Below, one piece after another: positions 60,453-64,000 of a DNA stretch of 64,000 nucleotides. Position 1 is the first letter of the stretch, and every line of letters starts with the position of its first letter. The notes below the pieces were generated by a model. It did no database searches and was not told the origin of the DNA. It saw only the letters and a list, made by a program, of their open reading frames with translations. The translations under genes were made by a program, and so were the position numbers. Source of the stretch: Deltaproteobacteria bacterium (GTDB lineage: Bacteria; Desulfobacterota_D; UBA1144; Nemesobacterales; UBA2774); assembly GCA_029262275.1 (NCBI GenBank), contig JAJCZS010000033.1, positions 2,350-66,349 on the forward strand, written 5' to 3'.

Positions 60453-60677
60453 TTATTCTTCGTCAGAATCAAAATCCTTAGCTATGAGTTCACCATCTTT
60501 CTCTTCGGTAAGAATTTTTACTTTCTTCTGTATTTCATCAAGTTTTTTATGAGAATATGCAATCAGTTTAGTGCCTTCTTGAAAAAGCTTTATGGAATCC
60601 TCGAGTGGAAGATTGCCACTTTGTAGCTTATCAACAATTTCTCTTAGCTCATTGATGGAATTCTCAAATGATTTCAT
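60453..60677 (-). CDS. xseB: exodeoxyribonuclease VII small subunit
   Basis: SFE....L..IV..L....LPLE.SI.LFQEG. Confidence 0.93.
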   Translation of the reverse strand: MKSFENSINELREIVDKLQSGNLPLEDSIKLFQEGTKLIAYSHKKLDEIQKKVKILTEEKDGELIAKDFDSDEE

Positions 60678-60803
60678 ATAGAACTATTTTATCTTTGATA
60701 CAATATGTATACAAGTATTCAAGAATGAATGGGTCTTGGGGGGCGAATATTACATTTTGAGAATTATGTTCCTCTTCCGGTTGCCGCTCAAAATATTATA
60801 TTA

Positions 60804-60846
60804 AGGGGGATAACTATGTATCCCCCTCCCCTTGTCTATTTTTTTA
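60804..60846. terminator. stem-loop downstream of the small lipoprotein gene
   Basis: AGGGGGATA-ACTATG-TATCCCCCT; T tract on the plus strand 12 nt later. Confidence 0.55.
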
Positions 60847-60869
60847 TAAACCTAATAGATTAATCAAAA

Positions 60870-61100
60870 TTAGTGAGTAGCATCGTTTGCAGCATCACCA
60901 GCAGCATCAGCAGCGTCGTTTGCAGCATCACCAGCAGCATCGGCAGCATCGTTTGCAGCATCTTCAACAGGAGCTGTTTCGATTACAACCTCTTCTTCAG
61001 TAACTTCAGCCTCTCCAGCAGGCTGCTCAGCCTGTTGTGGGCATCCGGCCAATCCTAAAGCTAAAACTAGTCCAGCGAATAATATGAAACTTCTTAACAT
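60870..61100 (-). CDS. small acidic Ala-rich repeat lipoprotein
   Basis: SD AGGAGG; lipobox LAGC; DAANDAADAAG repeats. Confidence 0.85.
   Translation of the reverse strand: MLRSFILFAGLVLALGLAGCPQQAEQPAGEAEVTEEEVVIETAPVEDAANDAADAAGDAANDAADAAGDAANDATH
60879..60962. repeat. 33-bp coding tandem repeat (about 2.5 copies)
   Basis: Units at 60879, 60912 and 60945 (partial); two synonymous differences between units 1 and 2. Confidence 0.9.
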
Positions 61101-61230
61101 AGAATCAATACCTCCTTTGAGTTTTTCATACTAACTTTTATCCGACCAGGGATTATAACCATCCCCTAAACCAATTTACAATATTTATTGACCGAAATCT
61201 ATAACATTTTGAAATTAGTGTGTCATTTGA

Positions 61231-61512
61231 TCAATAGTCATTATCATTTAGCTCTGTTACATCATCAGATTGATTAAATTCTCCAGGCTCTACTTCCTCC
61301 ATAAACTCCGGATCAGGATTTTGCGGCTGGCTATTTTCAAAGTTATCAGCATCGACAGGGTCATTATACACAGACGGATCATAGCTATCCTCAAGCTGTT
61401 CATCCTGTGCAAAAGCGATATCCATATCTAGGTGCCAAATACTAAATGTGCTAAATGATGAGATTAAAAAACCTAATGCAAAAATAATAGATAATCTATA
61501 TATGTACATCAT
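61231..61512 (-). CDS. small exported acidic hypothetical protein
   Basis: SD GGGAG; hydrophobic N-terminus, AFA-Q, D/E/N/P-rich tail. Confidence 0.7.
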   Translation of the reverse strand: MMYIYRLSIIFALGFLISSFSTFSIWHLDMDIAFAQDEQLEDSYDPSVYNDPVDADNFENSQPQNPDPEFMEEVEPGEFNQSDDVTELNDNDY

Positions 61513-61550
61513 ATTAGGTTCTCCCTTGCTATTAACAATATCATATAAAT

Positions 61551-62939
61551 TTATATCTTCCGCCCGCCTTTACCGCTACGCCAATGCTCCTCGATCTGCT
61601 CTAAGCTGAGCCCCTTTGTCTCAGGCATATAGAAATAGACATATGCAAATGACACTACACACAGAGCTGCGTAGAGCCAGAAAGTGTCTGGCCTTCCCAA
61701 GGTTTCAATTAAACTAAGGAAGGTTAGTGTAACAATCAGGTACGTGGCCCAAATAACTGCTGTTACAAGGCTCATGGCAAGCCCTCTTACACTAAGGGGG
61801 TATATCTCGGAAATCACAAGCTGGACGACTGTTCCAGGCCCTAGAGTCCAGGCAGCGACAAAAAAGATAAGACTAGCTACGGTCAAATACCCCATGAACC
61901 CTCCACCGGTTTTTTGGAAATAGAAAGTTATTCCTAAAACTATCAAGCCTACGCACATTCCAGCTAGTCCCACGAGCATGGTGGGCCTCCTACCAAGTCT
62001 GTCCATAAGATTCATCGCAACAATAGACATAACAACAAAGACAATACCCAATCCTACAGTTTCAAGTATCGCTGTGGACGCTGAATGAAAACCGGCAAGC
62101 TCAAAGATAGTTGGTGCATAAAAAGTAGCAAGGGAAAGACCTGTAAGCTGCCTTATCATAGCAAGCCCCAAACCAAGCACCAAAGCAGGTCTCATCACAG
62201 GGCCTATTAGTTCATGCCAATTTGGCTTAGCCTGATCAAGAGTGTTCTTAATACCGGACAGTTCATTGTCTACTTGATTTGTTCCCCTTATGCGCATAAG
62301 GATGTCTCTTGCCTTATCGTCATGTCCATGCTTGATGAGCCACCTTGGACTCTCTGGGAGGAAAAACATCCCTACAAACAACAAGAATGCTGGCACAAGA
62401 CCTACAGCAAACATTAGACGCCACTGACTGTAAGCTGAGAAGTAATAATCTACTAGATAGGAAATTAGAACCCCGCTTAATATAGCAAATACAAAGATCG
62501 ACACGAGCCTACCACGGTTTGTTGGAGATGATATCTCTGAGATATAAAGAGGCACTACGAAGGAAAGCACACCGAAAGCAGCACCTACTACTATTCGGGC
62601 AATTATTAACAACAAAATATCATGAGCCAATACTGTGCCAAGAACTCCAATGAATGAAATTACAGCGCATATAATTAGAAGCTTCCGACGCCCAAGTTTA
62701 TCACAGAGTCTGCCTCCGAGCGCAGCCCCCAACATTGCGCCAAATAGAACGGAGCTCAGTACAAGCTCTTGCGAGAAAGGAGAGAGGTTAAATTCCTTTT
62801 TGATAAATAATATTGCACCAGCAATGCCGGCAAGATCGTAGCCATAAATAAGACCCCCAAGCGAGGAGATGGAAACAGCTATATATAAAAACAAAGTGGT
62901 ATCACTTTTTGGAACATCTTTACTCAGAGTCTCAGACAT
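61551..62939 (-). CDS. sugar porter family MFS transporter
   Basis: GGLIYGYD, DKLGRR, YISEIS, PESPRWL, SEIYP..RG, PETKG. Confidence 0.95.
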   Translation of the reverse strand: MSETLSKDVPKSDTTLFLYIAVSISSLGGLIYGYDLAGIAGAILFIKKEFNLSPFSQELVLSSVLFGAMLGAALGGRLCDKLGRRKLLIICAVISFIGVLGTVLAHDILLLIIARIVVGAAFGVLSFVVPLYISEISSPTNRGRLVSIFVFAILSGVLISYLVDYYFSAYSQWRLMFAVGLVPAFLLFVGMFFLPESPRWLIKHGHDDKARDILMRIRGTNQVDNELSGIKNTLDQAKPNWHELIGPVMRPALVLGLGLAMIRQLTGLSLATFYAPTIFELAGFHSASTAILETVGLGIVFVVMSIVAMNLMDRLGRRPTMLVGLAGMCVGLIVLGITFYFQKTGGGFMGYLTVASLIFFVAAWTLGPGTVVQLVISEIYPLSVRGLAMSLVTAVIWATYLIVTLTFLSLIETLGRPDTFWLYAALCVVSFAYVYFYMPETKGLSLEQIEEHWRSGKGGRKI

Positions 62940-63106
62940 AATCTGAGATTAACTCTATTGGAGTCTAAAAACAATTTCTCAGTATAATTCTTTTTTGAAT
63001 TTAATCATCCTAAAAAGATTAGAAGTGTTGTTTATAGAAACTACCAATCGATTAAACTCTTTGATTGTTCAATACAAACAGGATAATTACTGATTACAAA
63101 GATACT

Positions 63107-64000
63107 ATGAAAGCACATTTTGAACTAAAAAACATATTGCAAAGTATTGATGGGGAGCCCTGTGATTCCTACAAATCCATTGAAGGTGAGTATCTTTTTA
63201 ACAGCTACACCCTGCTCATTGATAATGTTGTTGAAAACGCTCCAAGTAGAATAAGAGTAAGGATTTCACAAGACGTAGCAGGATTTCCGGATGACACCTA
63301 CAAAAACAGATCTCGCGAGATTGCACTTAGAGATTTTATTACCCGCAAGTTCCAAGAGGGAATTTCCAAGTACATTTCTGACGGTGGAAAAAGCAGCCAA
63401 ATAATGATTGATAGTCCTGGACAGGAAATACTTGAGCGCACGTCTGCTTTTATAGATAAATCATTTGTAGAAATCAGATTTACCATAGAGCTGTCAAAAA
63501 ATGAAGAAAAAATAACCGCAAAAGAAGTAGAAATTCTTTTATTTGAAGAACTACCTCAAATAGTAGAATCTTCTGCTATTTTTGAGAACCTGGACAAAGA
63601 TTCCCTCTATACACATATAGAAACTTCAGAAGATGCTGACTTTCTAAGGAATGAGCTTGAGAATTTAAGGCTAATCGCTTTTGTAGCTGAAGGAAGTATT
63701 CTTCCCAGGGAATCTGAGACAAGCCCCCTTCCATTAAAAGATGCTACTGTAGTGCCATTTTTATCCCCCTACATACTGAGAATGGATATTGAGCTTCCGA
63801 ATCGGGGGCAGATTTCTGGTTTGGGCATCCCAAGAGGTATTACTGTTATCACAGGTGAAGGATCGCAAGGAAAATCAACCCTCCTAAACGCAATAGAGCA
63901 AGGTATTTATAATCACATTCCAGGGGATGGAAGAGAATATGTTGTGAGCAATCCTAATTCTGTAAGAATTCGCTCTGAGAAGGAAAGAAATATCACTAAT
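63107..64000 (+). CDS. ABC-ATPase domain protein (PF09818-like), 5' part, runs off the window
   Basis: ATG 63107 opens MKAHFELKNILQSIDG...PGQEILERTS...FVAEGSILPRES...GITVITGEGSQGKSTLL...YNHIPGDGRE. Confidence 0.85.
   Translation, partial: MKAHFELKNILQSIDGEPCDSYKSIEGEYLFNSYTLLIDNVVENAPSRIRVRISQDVAGFPDDTYKNRSREIALRDFITRKFQEGISKYISDGGKSSQIMIDSPGQEILERTSAFIDKSFVEIRFTIELSKNEEKITAKEVEILLFEELPQIVESSAIFENLDKDSLYTHIETSEDADFLRNELENLRLIAFVAEGSILPRESETSPLPLKDATVVPFLSPYILRMDIELPNRGQISGLGIPRGITVITGEGSQGKSTLLNAIEQGIYNHIPGDGREYVVSNPNSVRIRSEKERNITN

Noticed and set aside
60762-60790. SRP RNA (CCGGAAG loop)
   Set aside because: Lacks the CAGG...GGAA...AGCAG domain IV context.
60879-60962. CRISPR-like repeat
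   Set aside because: Contiguous in-frame 33-bp units without spacers; no cas genes.
829-63486. Numerous 60-190 aa ORFs antisense to or overlapping recognised genes (e.g. 21753-22271, 31221-31739, 48542-49114, 60873-61058, 63298-63486)
   Set aside because: They are shadows of well-supported CDSs with Ser/Ile/Phe-rich antisense composition and no recognisable motifs.

Overview
AT-rich bacterial chromosomal window from a diderm organism. The gene set (Ccm system I*, futalosine menaquinone pathway, fused CobA/HemD) suggests a Desulfobacterota-like lineage, possibly Ca. Dadabacteria; this is inference only. About 60 CDSs, mostly housekeeping: clpB, pyrF, proS, mqnC, glgA, sufS/sufU, rsmE, recN, proA, cysC, ndk, lipB, holA, rpsT, tlyA, ispA, xseB. 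I saw no tRNA, rRNA, CRISPR array or transposase. The most unusual locus is a remodelled cytochrome c maturation operon (35.7-45.3 kb). It has a CxxxY-type CcmE, a CcmC lacking the second heme-ligand His and the WDxR Arg, and a CcmD-like helix carrying a His fused to a secreted beta-sandwich domain. It also has two inserted DUF4203-like membrane genes, an inserted cytochrome P460-family gene and two CcmI-like proteins, one with its own heme c. Other notable items: a stand-alone AT-rich protein with a HEPN-like RNxxxH motif; an sxtJ/sxtI/sxtK-like carbamoylation module beside cysC, including a 59-aa ORF missing from the ORF track; a candidate ~90-nt sRNA with an exposed anti-Shine-Dalgarno CCUCCU; two atypical nitroreductase-fold genes; an 11-mer Ala/Asp repeat lipoprotein; and several apparently leaderless genes. 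All family calls come from motif recognition by eye, not from database searches.
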